Below are positions 11,701 through 20,159 of a stretch of 64,000 bases of DNA, piece after piece. The DNA comes from Terriglobia bacterium (GTDB taxonomy: Bacteria > Acidobacteriota > Terriglobia > Acidiferrales > UBA7541), in assembly GCA_963695545.1 (NCBI GenBank), contig OY968796.1, forward strand, positions 3,776,001 through 3,840,000, read 5' to 3'. Within the stretch, counting starts at the first letter, position 1, and the number at the start of each line of letters is the position of its first letter. A model generated the notes under the pieces. That model searched no databases, had not been told where the DNA came from, and was given only the letters and a program-made list of their open reading frames with translations. The position numbers were made by a program, and so were the translations under genes.

Positions 11701-12233
11701 AGGGCGCCCGCCGAAAATTGCAGCGGATACGTCAAGTCGTTGCCCGGATTTGGGAGATTTTCGATCGCCGGAGCATTCAGATTCGTCGAGGTGTTCGGAT
11801 TCTCCGGATTGATCAGCGCGGCCTCGGCGCTCACAACTACAGACTGTTTTGACGCCGCGATTCTCAGCGCGAAATTGACCGTCTGCCGCTGTCCCAGCCC
11901 CGCCGTGAGATTGTCCGTCTCCTGCGTGGCAAACCCCGCCGCGTCCACCTTCACCGAGTAAGGCCCCGGCTTAAGCTGCGGAAAATCGAACCGGCCGGAA
12001 GCGTCGGTCGTAGCACTGCGCTCGAGTCCGGTCTCCTGATTCGTCACGCTCACCGTCGCGCCCGGCACCGCCCCTCCGTTCGCGTCGGTCACCTGCCCCA
12101 CAATCGCGCTGGTAGTTTCGCCCTGCGCCCGAGCCGGAGCCGCTGCCACAAAGAAGCGCGCGCCGAACACGAAGACGAACAAGATAAATCGCGTCACCGT
12201 GCCGGCAATTCCGAACTTGAAAGTGCTACGCAT
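8724..12233 (-). CDS. TonB-dependent/Oar-like outer-membrane receptor with carboxypeptidase-regulatory-like N-domain
   Basis: Signal peptide, GQVTDANGGAVPGATV, VTKSGTNQFHG, FNIFNHPNF, C-terminal RMIAFQARVEF. Confidence 0.92.
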   Translation of the reverse strand: MRSTFKFGIAGTVTRFILFVFVFGARFFVAAAPARAQGETTSAIVGQVTDANGGAVPGATVSVTNQETGLERSATTDASGRFDFPQLKPGPYSVKVDAAGFATQETDNLTAGLGQRQTVNFALRIAASKQSVVVSAEAALINPENPNTSTNLNAPAIENLPNPGNDLTYPLQFSAGALINTAGSGNDFVGSSNGYGNVEFNGLPALSNGYIVDGLETNDPLTNLNSGLSTNLVLGLNSIAEVTVNTLSYAVDQGRYGASQVNYVTKSGTNQFHGNLYELWNGSVLNAADYFTDAAPGDHKPRSTVNHFGGSLGGPIVHNKLFFFFDSEWVRIALPIVTPVTVPTVAFQNYVLQQLPLGQTSGCTAGSCYPAEPALVPFYQKMFSLYRNTSGTPVTMLGCPLDAGGALLGGASPDGDGCANKQSVSQSSDDHEQVQTVRIDYNINAKDTAWLRLQSDTGVQAAYTDSINPLFDAVSPQPLYSFAAGYTHVFSQSLVNYFNPAFSWYESLFGPSNFDATLAAFPIVLEGTGPNPFSTVGGLDNTWIQGRRASRVFINDNLAWSRGAHELRFGTNTRILRLNDYDFGEGSVPTVTYSTLAQYIFGAASTASESFPTSANEPFNFLNLDLYAQDTWKVNSKLTWTIGIRDTFNSNPLNPHDEIARLASAFDSISHNANQPLDLAIDTHLGNIFSSTPLAIWQPRTAIAWQFARDTVLRTGFGIFSDILPGSIADVIGVNPPYVQTFEGGLLGTVGGTAIAPVVPNSAVDATVAAHQAFNSGFAASELSCASPAANPSACLPPVAITAVPNGTLRAPYFMEWSAGIEHQFGSTVSVHAQYVGTRAVNQPYLTQANGYQTVCDGCFAPFPYERPTDPRFGAVTQLSTGANSHYDGLQLTAMKRLGHGLEGQVNYTFSRCMDEVSNGGFLQFSAGGILSPLPGELERDHGPCDYDIRHNLNAQYVYHLPINVRSRLLGHALNGWQISGTLFVHSGIPFSVLSTPYSANGEGIVNGGGPQFASVVLGVPLYDHNPIPGVTQPGTIQWLNPNAFVSAVDPSTGACYGGDTPQNCQFGTLGRNALRGPDFVWSDFYLTKLFPLSEQVNLRFEAQFFNIFNHPNFGLPTMVLAGVPGNASTESGFGALGYTTSPPTGLLGVGLGGDSTPRMIAFQARVEF

Positions 12234-12435
12234 CGAGATTTCCCGCTCACCGAAGACACTCTCAAAATGTCCCGTTGCGGAACATCGAGGTCCGCAATAG
12301 TTAAGCGCAGGTGATGAGCGATAGTAATCTAAGTTAACTACGGAAGTAAAGCGTGGTTTATTCGATGCGTTGCGCGCGCGAAACAGCGATCCAATGTGAT
12401 CCTGGTGAAGGAAACTGGCAAACGAAACGGAGGAC

Positions 12436-12463
12436 GCTTGCCTTCAGATGGCGAGGGGCAAGC
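12436..12463 (-). terminator. Hairpin downstream of fpr, possible weak intrinsic terminator
   Basis: GCTTGCC...GGCAAGC inverted repeat followed on the minus strand by an interrupted T-rich tract. Confidence 0.4.
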
Positions 12464-12499
12464 AGCTGACAATTGGCAAGAAGCGCAGCGGCGCGAGCC

Positions 12500-13294
12500 T
12501 CACTCCGCTGTCTGCTGTTGCTCCGGAGTTTCCTTGCTGGGGATGAAATAGACTTCTTCCTTCATCTGGTCCTTCTGCCAGCCGCGCCGGTGCAGGATCC
12601 CCTTGCCGTTCTCGATCATCGTCGGATGACCGCACAAGTAGATGCTCGTGTTTTCGGGCGTCAATCCCCAGGAATCCGTGTACTTGCGGATCAAATCATC
12701 GACGCGCCCCGTTTCTCCGCGCCACGCCGTGTCTTCCCACGGCCGGCTCACGCTCGGCACGTATGTGAGCCACGGCGCCTCGGCCGCGTACCGCTCAATC
12801 TCCGCGCTGTAACCGAACTCCCACGAACGGCTCGCGCCATTCAGCAGAAACAGTTTGTGCTCGCCCGCGAATTTGCCGTCCTTCCAATCGCGATACAGCG
12901 TACGCGCGTAACTCACGAACGGCGCGATCCCCGTCACCGTGGAAACGCACAGATGATTCGGCCGCCCGCTCTTGGTGTCCAGAGTGAATCGCCCTTTGGC
13001 CGCCTTGCGGCAACTCAGCGTGTCGCCGACATTCAATTTGTAGAGCAGCGGCGTCAGCGCGCCCTGCGGCACAAGCTCGACGAAAAATTCCAGCTGCGGC
13101 TCATAAGGCGAGGAAACGATCGAGTACGCACGCTCAATCAGCTTGTCCGACCCCTCAACGCCGAGCGTGGCGTATTGCCCGGCCGCGAACCGGAATTCCC
13201 CGCCCGGGTCTACTCGCACCATCCACAGGTCCGAGGCAAACTCTTTCCGCTCGACGACGCGCGCCTGGTAGAACTTATCGGGCGCTGAAGCCAT
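12500..13294 (-). CDS. fpr: Ferredoxin/flavodoxin-NADP+ reductase
   Basis: F.AGQYATLG, RAYSIVS, TVTGIAPF, YLCGHPTMI; GAGGAG RBS. Confidence 0.9.
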   Translation of the reverse strand: MASAPDKFYQARVVERKEFASDLWMVRVDPGGEFRFAAGQYATLGVEGSDKLIERAYSIVSSPYEPQLEFFVELVPQGALTPLLYKLNVGDTLSCRKAAKGRFTLDTKSGRPNHLCVSTVTGIAPFVSYARTLYRDWKDGKFAGEHKLFLLNGASRSWEFGYSAEIERYAAEAPWLTYVPSVSRPWEDTAWRGETGRVDDLIRKYTDSWGLTPENTSIYLCGHPTMIENGKGILHRRGWQKDQMKEEVYFIPSKETPEQQQTAE

Positions 13295-13368
13295 CACGCA
13301 TCTCCTCTAGTTTTGTGAAAAACGACGTCTCAGGCCATCGCCCCCGGAAGGCGGCCGGACGCGCGGGT

Positions 13369-14088
13369 TTAATGCTGGGGCGGCCCGCCCATGCCACCCA
13401 TATTGGGCATCTGCATCTTGACCGGCGTGCCAGTGATCATGTCCTTCGCGTCGGTGAGGACCTTATTGAGCACCATGGTCGTGCCCGTGTGGTCTGTCAT
13501 CTTCACCAGGCCCCACGGCGAGACCTTGGTCGAAACCCAGACGTCGTCGCCGGCATTGGTCCGATAGTGCTCGCACGCGAACGTTCCGGCAGGCACGGTC
13601 ACGCTTTCAATTCCCATGTCCTGCCCTTCTTTGCTGATGTCGGCCGATTGCGGCGGCGGCGTGCGACCACTCATCGCCTGCATCGACTGTATATCCATTT
13701 CCATCGGCGGCTGCGGCGGCATCTGCATAATCATTGTTGTGCTCGCCATGTTCATTCCGTCAATCACGGTCAGCATCTTCATATACATGGTGCCGCCGGA
13801 GCGGGGGTTCTGCGTGGTGATCTCGAGCCAGTAGCCGGTCTTGCCGTTCACGTCTTCCTTGCCGACCACGGCGATATCCATGGTGTTCGGCGCCGGCTGA
13901 TTCGCTCTCGTGATCACGTACTCGCCGCCCTGCCCGATTACTGGATTGAAGATTCCTTTAAATTGCGAAGCCGCGCCGCCGCCCATCATGCCGCCCATTT
14001 GTGCAGAAGCCGTCGCCGCGCCGGCCAGAACCAGCGCCGCGCATACCGCACACATCCATATTTTCCCCAGGTGATTTGAAATTCGCAT
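13369..14088 (-). CDS. Secreted Met-rich hypothetical protein
   Basis: GGGAG RBS, signal peptide ASA-Q, ESVTVPAGTFACEHY motif. Confidence 0.78.
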   Translation of the reverse strand: MRISNHLGKIWMCAVCAALVLAGAATASAQMGGMMGGGAASQFKGIFNPVIGQGGEYVITRANQPAPNTMDIAVVGKEDVNGKTGYWLEITTQNPRSGGTMYMKMLTVIDGMNMASTTMIMQMPPQPPMEMDIQSMQAMSGRTPPPQSADISKEGQDMGIESVTVPAGTFACEHYRTNAGDDVWVSTKVSPWGLVKMTDHTGTTMVLNKVLTDAKDMITGTPVKMQMPNMGGMGGPPQH

Positions 14089-14129
14089 CGCTTGGCTCCC
14101 TTGCGAAAGAATGCGCGCGTGGCGCGGGC

Positions 14130-14840
14130 CTAAAGATCCAAACCGCTCTGTCCGGTCATTTTCGTGAAGTCGAAGTGCGTCTTGAGCTCGAATCTGCCGA
14201 CCTTACACACGAAATCGACGCCCTTCGCGTTCGCCGGGAAGGCGGGCGTCCCGTCTGGGTTCGTTTTCGCAAAATGAAACGTCATCGCCTGCACTGTTTT
14301 TCCATCCGGCCCGCGGCCCAGATCCACTTTTACCGCAGTGAACGTTTGTCCCGCGTCCTTGTTCACGAGCGTCGTGCCCTGTCGCACCTTGTCGATCGCG
14401 TCGGTGGTATCGAGCGGGCCAAACGGCGTCATGTCGCCGATCAGCGCGATGTCGTAGGTGTCCGACACGGTGTTCGCGTACTTTTCCGCGTCGTCCATGC
14501 TCCCCGCATTGTGGAATTCGGCGTTGCGAGCCACAGCGTGGTGCACCGTAACCGCCGAAGTCCAGCGCACCGTGAACGTCGAGGTCGAGCCGACGGCGCC
14601 GGTCGGCGGTGGCGGCCCGCCCTCGCTCGCCGCGCCGCTCGCGCCCGGAGCAGCGGGCGTCGTCCAATACTTCCCGATTTCAACCGATTTCACCCAAGGC
14701 GAATCGTTCAGGATTTTGTCGACGTCCTTCGCGTCCCACTGCTTATAATCCTTCACTCTCCAAACGTCTGTCGCCAGCGCCGTGCCGGCCATCGCCAGCG
14801 CGATCAAAAACGCAGCCGTCCGCGCATACGTCTTCGACAC
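14130..14840 (-). CDS. Secreted hypothetical protein
   Basis: GAGGAGG RBS with GTG start, signal peptide, KDYKQWDAKDVDKILNDSPW. Confidence 0.78.
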   Translation of the reverse strand: MSKTYARTAAFLIALAMAGTALATDVWRVKDYKQWDAKDVDKILNDSPWVKSVEIGKYWTTPAAPGASGAASEGGPPPPTGAVGSTSTFTVRWTSAVTVHHAVARNAEFHNAGSMDDAEKYANTVSDTYDIALIGDMTPFGPLDTTDAIDKVRQGTTLVNKDAGQTFTAVKVDLGRGPDGKTVQAMTFHFAKTNPDGTPAFPANAKGVDFVCKVGRFELKTHFDFTKMTGQSGLDL

Positions 14841-14921
14841 TCATCCTCCTCGATTCCCTGCTCAGACCGACCAGCGTTGTATCAGATTCCCGACAACCGG
14901 CGCAACCAACCCTCGCGCCGC

Positions 14922-16034
14922 CTATTCGTAAGCCAACGCGTCCACCGGATCGCTCGCCGCGGCTCGCAGCGCCGGAAAAAGCGCTCCCGCGAAGGCTCCC
15001 AAGATCGTCAGCCCGATGGCGCGCAACACCCACACCGGCGCGATCAGCACCGGCAGCGTCGGCGAGGTGTGCCGCAACACTTCCAGAATCACGCCCGTAA
15101 GCACCAGACCCACCGCCACCGCGAGGCCCGCCATCACCAGCGCCTCCACCGCAATCAGCCCGCATACTTCCGTCTTCGAGAAGCCCAGCGCCTTCATGAT
15201 CCCGATCTCCCGCGTCCGCTCCAGCACCAGCGTGTGCATCGTCAGCAGCACCACCAAAAAACTAATTGCCACTCCCAGCCCCACGAACGACCGGATAAAC
15301 GGATTTAGCCCCGGCAGGTTGGTCGACGAGATCAGCGTCAAATACTCCGCCATAGACTGCACTTTGGAATCCGGCACCAGCTTCACGATTTCCGCGCGCA
15401 CTGCGTCCGTATTCCCGTCGCTGCGCACGTAAAACATCGAAGCGCGTCCTTCCGCGTTCTGAATGTACTGCGCCGTCGCCAACGGAATGAAGAATCGCGC
15501 CCCTTTGCCGTGCAGCACGATTCCGCAGACTACGAATTGATGGTCCACCAGACTCACCACGCTGCCCACTTTCAAATGCTTCGCGCGCGCCACCAGATCG
15601 TCGGCCAGCACTTGATTCGGCGCCGTGAAGGGACCGCCGGAAATAAACTTGAATCCCTGGCTCAGCCCCGCAAACCGGTCGTAGTCAATGCCATCGATGA
15701 TCACCAGGTTCCCTTCGCCCACCGCGTTCACGATCAGCACCGGAGCGACATCGGCCACGCCCGGAAGGTGCGCGATCTTATCGCCGAGCGATTCCGGCAT
15801 CACCGCGCTCGAAAACGCGAAAAATATCGACGAGTTCGGCGGCTGCACGATGATGTCCGCGCCCACGCCTTCCTGGCGCGTCCGCCAATCCGACAGCATG
15901 CCCGACGTAAATCCCACAATGAATAGGATCAGAAAGACCTGCAAGGACATAGCCGCCACGCTCAGCGTCGAGCGCAACGGCCGCACGCCCAAATTGTTCC
16001 ACACCAGCCGCCAGTAGAGGAATCGGGAGTCCAT
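14922..16034 (-). CDS. ABC transporter permease (MacB/FtsX family)
   Basis: ERTREIGIMKALG, DPVDALAYE, four hydrophobic segments. Confidence 0.9.
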   Translation of the reverse strand: MDSRFLYWRLVWNNLGVRPLRSTLSVAAMSLQVFLILFIVGFTSGMLSDWRTRQEGVGADIIVQPPNSSIFFAFSSAVMPESLGDKIAHLPGVADVAPVLIVNAVGEGNLVIIDGIDYDRFAGLSQGFKFISGGPFTAPNQVLADDLVARAKHLKVGSVVSLVDHQFVVCGIVLHGKGARFFIPLATAQYIQNAEGRASMFYVRSDGNTDAVRAEIVKLVPDSKVQSMAEYLTLISSTNLPGLNPFIRSFVGLGVAISFLVVLLTMHTLVLERTREIGIMKALGFSKTEVCGLIAVEALVMAGLAVAVGLVLTGVILEVLRHTSPTLPVLIAPVWVLRAIGLTILGAFAGALFPALRAAASDPVDALAYE

Positions 16035-16374
16035 TCGTTTCGATCGAAGAAAAATCCTGCAATCAGGTCGGCAGGTACTCTAGCATTGCGCCGCGAGCCG
16101 GTCAAAGTTCGCGCCGCCGCAATCGGCGGGCCAACCTGTGCCGCAGTCCGCGCGCCGCCGCATATTAATTTTCGATGATTTCAACAGTTGTGTTGAAAAG
16201 TTTGTGGAAAAGAATCCCATCCGCCGCGTAACCGAGCGTAGCTTCTCGCGTTTACGCAAATTGCACACAGATGGTGCAGCTAACGCCGCCGCGGCTCGGC
16301 TAAGATCTCGCCAGGAAAAAACGGATGTGCGCGTAGGAAAAAATTTGCAGCAAGCCGCCGCAACTTCAATGCGA

Positions 16375-16911
16375 TCAATACCAACGCGGAGGCCGCACCA
16401 GCTGGATGTCGATTGTCTGCTGATCGGAATCGACATCGTAGTACTCGCCGAACGTTTTCCAGCCCGTAGCCACGATCTGAATCAGCACTTTGCCCTGCGG
16501 AATGTCCGGCGCGCGCGCCACGCCCTCTTGATTCGTCTTCAAATCGAACTCGAGCTTCTGATCCCGTAGCCTTTTGCGAACCACCGTGAACTTCACATAC
16601 ACGCTCGCCTCTTGTACCGGCACCTTGTCGGTGCCGCCCACCACATCGATATTCAACCACGACGCGATCACCACAGGCGCGTCGTCTTTAGGTGTCTTCT
16701 CTTTCTTGCTCTTAGCATCGTCAGGGGCTGGCGCCGCAGTAGAACCCCCCGGCGGCGCGGATGTGCTGCCCGAGGAATCCGCCGCGGGCGGTGGCGCCTG
16801 CGTCGCCGCGGGAGCCTGCGCCCGCGCCGAAATGGAAAACAACGCGACGATCAGCGCCAGCAAATGCACTTTCGCCGATCGCCCCGTCAGCCTTCGCTCG
16901 CCGCCTCGCAT
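16375..16911 (-). CDS. Secreted protein with carboxypeptidase-regulatory-like beta-sandwich (start uncertain)
   Basis: Signal peptide ARA-Q, Pro/Ala linker, KTNQEG.A...IP.GKVLIQIVA.GWKTFG. Confidence 0.7.
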   Translation of the reverse strand: MRGGERRLTGRSAKVHLLALIVALFSISARAQAPAATQAPPPAADSSGSTSAPPGGSTAAPAPDDAKSKKEKTPKDDAPVVIASWLNIDVVGGTDKVPVQEASVYVKFTVVRKRLRDQKLEFDLKTNQEGVARAPDIPQGKVLIQIVATGWKTFGEYYDVDSDQQTIDIQLVRPPRWY

Positions 16912-17152
16912 CACTCTCGATTGACTGCGGCAATCGCCTGCGCTAACTTCGATTCGCACGTTTCGCACTCTGCGGCACCGCCATTTCTCTTACGCCGCCC
17001 AGAAAATTTGTGCAAGAGGATTCCGCGCGCGCCCGAGGCCAAGCCCGATGCGCACCGGAGTTCCAAGGTTTTCCAGGCGGGGGCGCGCATCTGCCCGCCG
17101 CGCCGAAGCTTCGGCGAAGGCCGACCCGCTTTTCCGCTAAAGGAGACTCCGC

Positions 17153-18292
17153 ATGGGTTTTGCAACCGATGCGATTCACGTCGGACAAGAACCGGACCCC
17201 GCCACCGGCGCCATCGTCGCTCCCATTTACCAGACCTCGACCTTCGTGCAGGACTCGTTCGGTCAGAACAAAGGCTACGACTACGCCCGCACCACCCATC
17301 CGAACCGCCAGGCTCTCGAGCGCACCATGGCGCGCCTCGAAGGCGGCACGGCAGCCTATGTTTTCACGTCGGGCATGGCCGGAATCGACGCCGTCTTTCG
17401 CCTGCTGCGCCCCGGCGATCACGCCATCATTTCCGAATCGGTTTACGGCGGCGTCTTTCGCCTGACCACTCAATTCCTCGTTCAATTCGGCCTCGAATTC
17501 AGCTTTGTCGACACTTCTTCGCCCGAAGCCGTCGAGCGCGCCATCAAGCCCGCCACGCGCATGATCTATGTCGAAACTCCCACCAATCCCACCATGAAAG
17601 TCACCGACATCGCGGCCATCGCGCAGATTGCCACCGCGCACAAATTGATCCTCGTCGTGGACAACACCTTCCTCAGCCCCTACTTCCAGCAACCCATCAA
17701 GCTCGGCGCGCGCATCGTGGTCCATTCCATGACCAAATATCTAAATGGCCACACGGACGCCGTCGGCGGCGCGGTCGTGCTCACGCAGCCTGACGACGCC
17801 GAACGCATCTATTTCGTGCAGCGCTCCGCCGGCGCGGGCCTCGCGCCCATGGATTGCTTCCTCGTTTCGCGCGGCATCAAAACGCTCGCCGTGCGCATGG
17901 CGCAGCACGAAGCCAACGGCATCGCGCTCGCCCGCTTCCTTGAAAATCATCCCAAGGTGCAGCGCGTTCTCTATCCCGGACTTCCCGGCCATCCCCAGCA
18001 CGAAATCGCGCGACGCCAGCAGACCGGCTTCGGCGGCATGATCTCTTTCGACGTCACCACCCTGCCCGCCGCGCGCACGCTCCTCAATCACGTCAAGCTC
18101 TGCTCGCTTGCCGAAAGCCTCGGCGGCGTCGAAACCCTGATTTCCCATCCCGCCAGCATGACCCATTCCTCGATTCCCATCGAGGTGCGCAATCAGATCG
18201 GCATCACCGAGGGCCTCATCCGCCTCTCCGTCGGCATCGAAGACGTAGAAGACCTGGTCGCCGATCTCGATCAAGCCCTTTCGCACGTCTAG
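17153..18292 (+). CDS. metB: Cystathionine gamma-synthase/lyase (Cys/Met metabolism PLP enzyme)
   Basis: PIYQTSTF, VETPTNP, VDNTF, HSMTKYLNGH (PLP Lys), AESLGGVE, RLSVGIE; AAGGAG RBS. Confidence 0.88.
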   Translation: MGFATDAIHVGQEPDPATGAIVAPIYQTSTFVQDSFGQNKGYDYARTTHPNRQALERTMARLEGGTAAYVFTSGMAGIDAVFRLLRPGDHAIISESVYGGVFRLTTQFLVQFGLEFSFVDTSSPEAVERAIKPATRMIYVETPTNPTMKVTDIAAIAQIATAHKLILVVDNTFLSPYFQQPIKLGARIVVHSMTKYLNGHTDAVGGAVVLTQPDDAERIYFVQRSAGAGLAPMDCFLVSRGIKTLAVRMAQHEANGIALARFLENHPKVQRVLYPGLPGHPQHEIARRQQTGFGGMISFDVTTLPAARTLLNHVKLCSLAESLGGVETLISHPASMTHSSIPIEVRNQIGITEGLIRLSVGIEDVEDLVADLDQALSHV

Positions 18293-18342
18293 CGACGCTG
18301 CGCTTGGAGGCCGACAAAAACAGTGCTAGGCTGGAAAGTGTT

Positions 18343-18630
18343 ATGAGCAAACAGCAATATACGATTCAGATTCCGGCGTCGGTCGGCCGACGTGTCGTGC
18401 GTAGAGCCCGGCAAGAGAAACGAAACCCGTCCGAACTTGCCGTCGAAGCGCTCCAGCGATACATCGCCTTGCCGAACTTTCCAGAAGAGACGCCCACGCC
18501 CGCCGAACTGACTGCGATCCGCCGAGGCGAAGCTGCGATCAAGCGCGGCGACTTCACTACCCTAGATGAACTCCGCCGAAAAGAAGCCGTGGCGCGTCGT
18601 CCTCGCCGGACCCGCGCAAAAGTCTCTTAG
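18343..18630 (+). CDS. Putative type II antitoxin (RHH-like N-terminus)
   Basis: YTIQIP beta strand plus helices, E.PTPAELTAIRRGEA.I.RGDF.TLDEL tail; lies upstream of and overlaps a RelE-like gene. Confidence 0.75.
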   Translation: MSKQQYTIQIPASVGRRVVRRARQEKRNPSELAVEALQRYIALPNFPEETPTPAELTAIRRGEAAIKRGDFTTLDELRRKEAVARRPRRTRAKVS

Positions 18631-18838
18631 GCGAATCCCGCCCCCGGACTTGGCGCGCGTGCGCGCTGCCTTGGACGAAATGGAGGCGGATCCTTTTTCC
18701 GGCGATATCAAATATCTGGCGGGCGCCCCCCGACTTCGGCGTCGCGTGGGTAATTGGCGCATCTTCTTTCGAGTCGAGCGCGCTGAAAATACGATCTACA
18801 TTTCTGCGATCGAGAGACGAACCACGACGACCTATTGA
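18566..18838 (+). CDS. RelE/ParE family toxin
   Basis: WRVVL...AQKSL, DPFSGDIKYL.G, RRRVGNWRIFF, IERRTTTTY. Confidence 0.88.
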   Translation: MNSAEKKPWRVVLAGPAQKSLRRIPPPDLARVRAALDEMEADPFSGDIKYLAGAPRLRRRVGNWRIFFRVERAENTIYISAIERRTTTTY

Positions 18839-18869
18839 TCTCGGTAGACGTCGCCATCAGCACATCGCT

Positions 18870-19067
18870 TCAACCGGAGCCCGCTCGCTCCCCCGCCGCA
18901 TGACGCTGCTCCTTATGCGCCTCGTACTCACGCGAAAGCTTCGCCGCGTCCACCGGATCTGGCCGAAAACGCAAATCGCAAATCGAACACGCGTACTCGC
19001 CGCTCCACACGATTTTCCCGTCTCGGTTCGCCATCACGGCCCTGAGGTACGCTCTTTCCGCTGGCAT
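18870..19067 (-). CDS. Small putative C2H2-type zinc-binding protein (alternative start 19034)
   Basis: C-x2-C-x20-H-x4-H pattern; TAGAGT -10-like box 6 nt before ATG 19067. Confidence 0.5.
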   Translation of the reverse strand: MPAERAYLRAVMANRDGKIVWSGEYACSICDLRFRPDPVDAAKLSREYEAHKEQRHAAGERAGSG

Positions 19068-19112
19068 AACGAAACTCTACACCGGCCGCATGGACGCCCG
19101 TCGCAACGCTTT

Positions 19113-19892
19113 CTATCGCGCGTGCGTCGCCGCTTCTTCGATCAAAGCCGCAACTGCCTTCGGCTGCGAGACGTACACCGAATGGCTCCCGTCCACAGCT
19201 TCAACCTTGTGGCTCCCAGCTCGCGCCGCATACCACCGTTCGAGCTCCGGATTGATGATTCTGTCTTTCGTCGGCACCATCATCCAGCTCGGTTTGCTTC
19301 TCCACGCCGGCGTGGTGATCACTCCATGAAAATTGGCATCGTTGATGAGCACCTGCGAGCGCGACTCGAAAGCGGCCTGCTCCGGAGACAAATCGGCCGC
19401 GAAGTATTCGCGAAACTGCGCGGGGTCAAGGTAATCGAATCCGTCCGCCGTCTTCTTCATTGCCGTAGACTTGCTCACGTCGCTCGGGAATCGCTTCCCG
19501 TCGTCCGCCTCGCTCTCTCCCGTATCCGGCATGTGCGCCGCGATGTACACCAACCCCACCACCGCTGGATCGGTTCCCGCTTCGGTAATCACCGATCCCC
19601 CATAACTGTGCGCCACAAGAATGCACGGCCCATCTTGCAGCGCGAGCACCCGCTTCGTCGCCGCCACGTCTTCCGCGAAAGAAGTCTCCGGCTCCTGCAC
19701 CATGCTCACGTTGTATCCATCCCTCACAAGAATGTCGTAAACGCCCCGCCACCCCGACCCATCCGCCCAAGCCCCGTGCACCAACACAATGTTCCGAACG
19801 CGATGCCCTCCGTCCTGCGCTCCAAGCGCGCAGCAGCCCAACATCAACACTACGATCCAAACCGGCTTCGCAACTCCTCGCGCGATTCGCAT
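19113..19892 (-). CDS. Secreted alpha/beta hydrolase
   Basis: GGAGG RBS before ATG 19892; VLVHGAWADGSGW, VAHSYGG nucleophile elbow, DRIINP, GSH. Confidence 0.9.
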   Translation of the reverse strand: MRIARGVAKPVWIVVLMLGCCALGAQDGGHRVRNIVLVHGAWADGSGWRGVYDILVRDGYNVSMVQEPETSFAEDVAATKRVLALQDGPCILVAHSYGGSVITEAGTDPAVVGLVYIAAHMPDTGESEADDGKRFPSDVSKSTAMKKTADGFDYLDPAQFREYFAADLSPEQAAFESRSQVLINDANFHGVITTPAWRSKPSWMMVPTKDRIINPELERWYAARAGSHKVEAVDGSHSVYVSQPKAVAALIEEAATHAR

Positions 19893-20029
19893 TTGTACCT
19901 CCCACGACTCAGGATGTGATTTGATTCGACGCTCGACGCGTGGCCCCGCACTCTTCGATGTTCCGATCCTTAATTCCACTCGCGAATTGTAACGCCGGCA
20001 ACCTTCGTGGTGGCCCGAATTCGCGCCCC

Positions 20030-20085
20030 GCCTTGGCCTTGGCCTTAGCCTTGGCATTTGTAGGGGCGGAGCTTGCCTCCGCCCG
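20030..20085 (+). repeat. (GCCTTR)4 hexamer run followed by a GTAG-type REP-like palindrome
   Basis: gccttg gccttg gcctta gccttg gcattt, then GTAG-GGGCGGAG-cttgc-CTCCGCCC. Confidence 0.65.
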
Positions 20086-20100
20086 TTTTTCCGCGCCCTG

Positions 20101-20159
20101 TGAATATTATTTCGAATACTTAATTATTACTTGACACATCAATTTATCCATGCTAACCT
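20101..20159 (+). promoter_or_regulatory. Near-consensus sigma70 promoter with AT-rich upstream tract
   Basis: TTGACA 20131-20136, 17-nt spacer, TG-n-TAACCT 20151-20159. Confidence 0.6.

Noticed and set aside
12410..12470. GGCAAAC-GAAA...GGACGC resembling a c-di-GMP-I riboswitch
   Set aside because: Wrong strand for the adjacent genes, no proper P2 stem or P3; better explained by the fpr terminator hairpin
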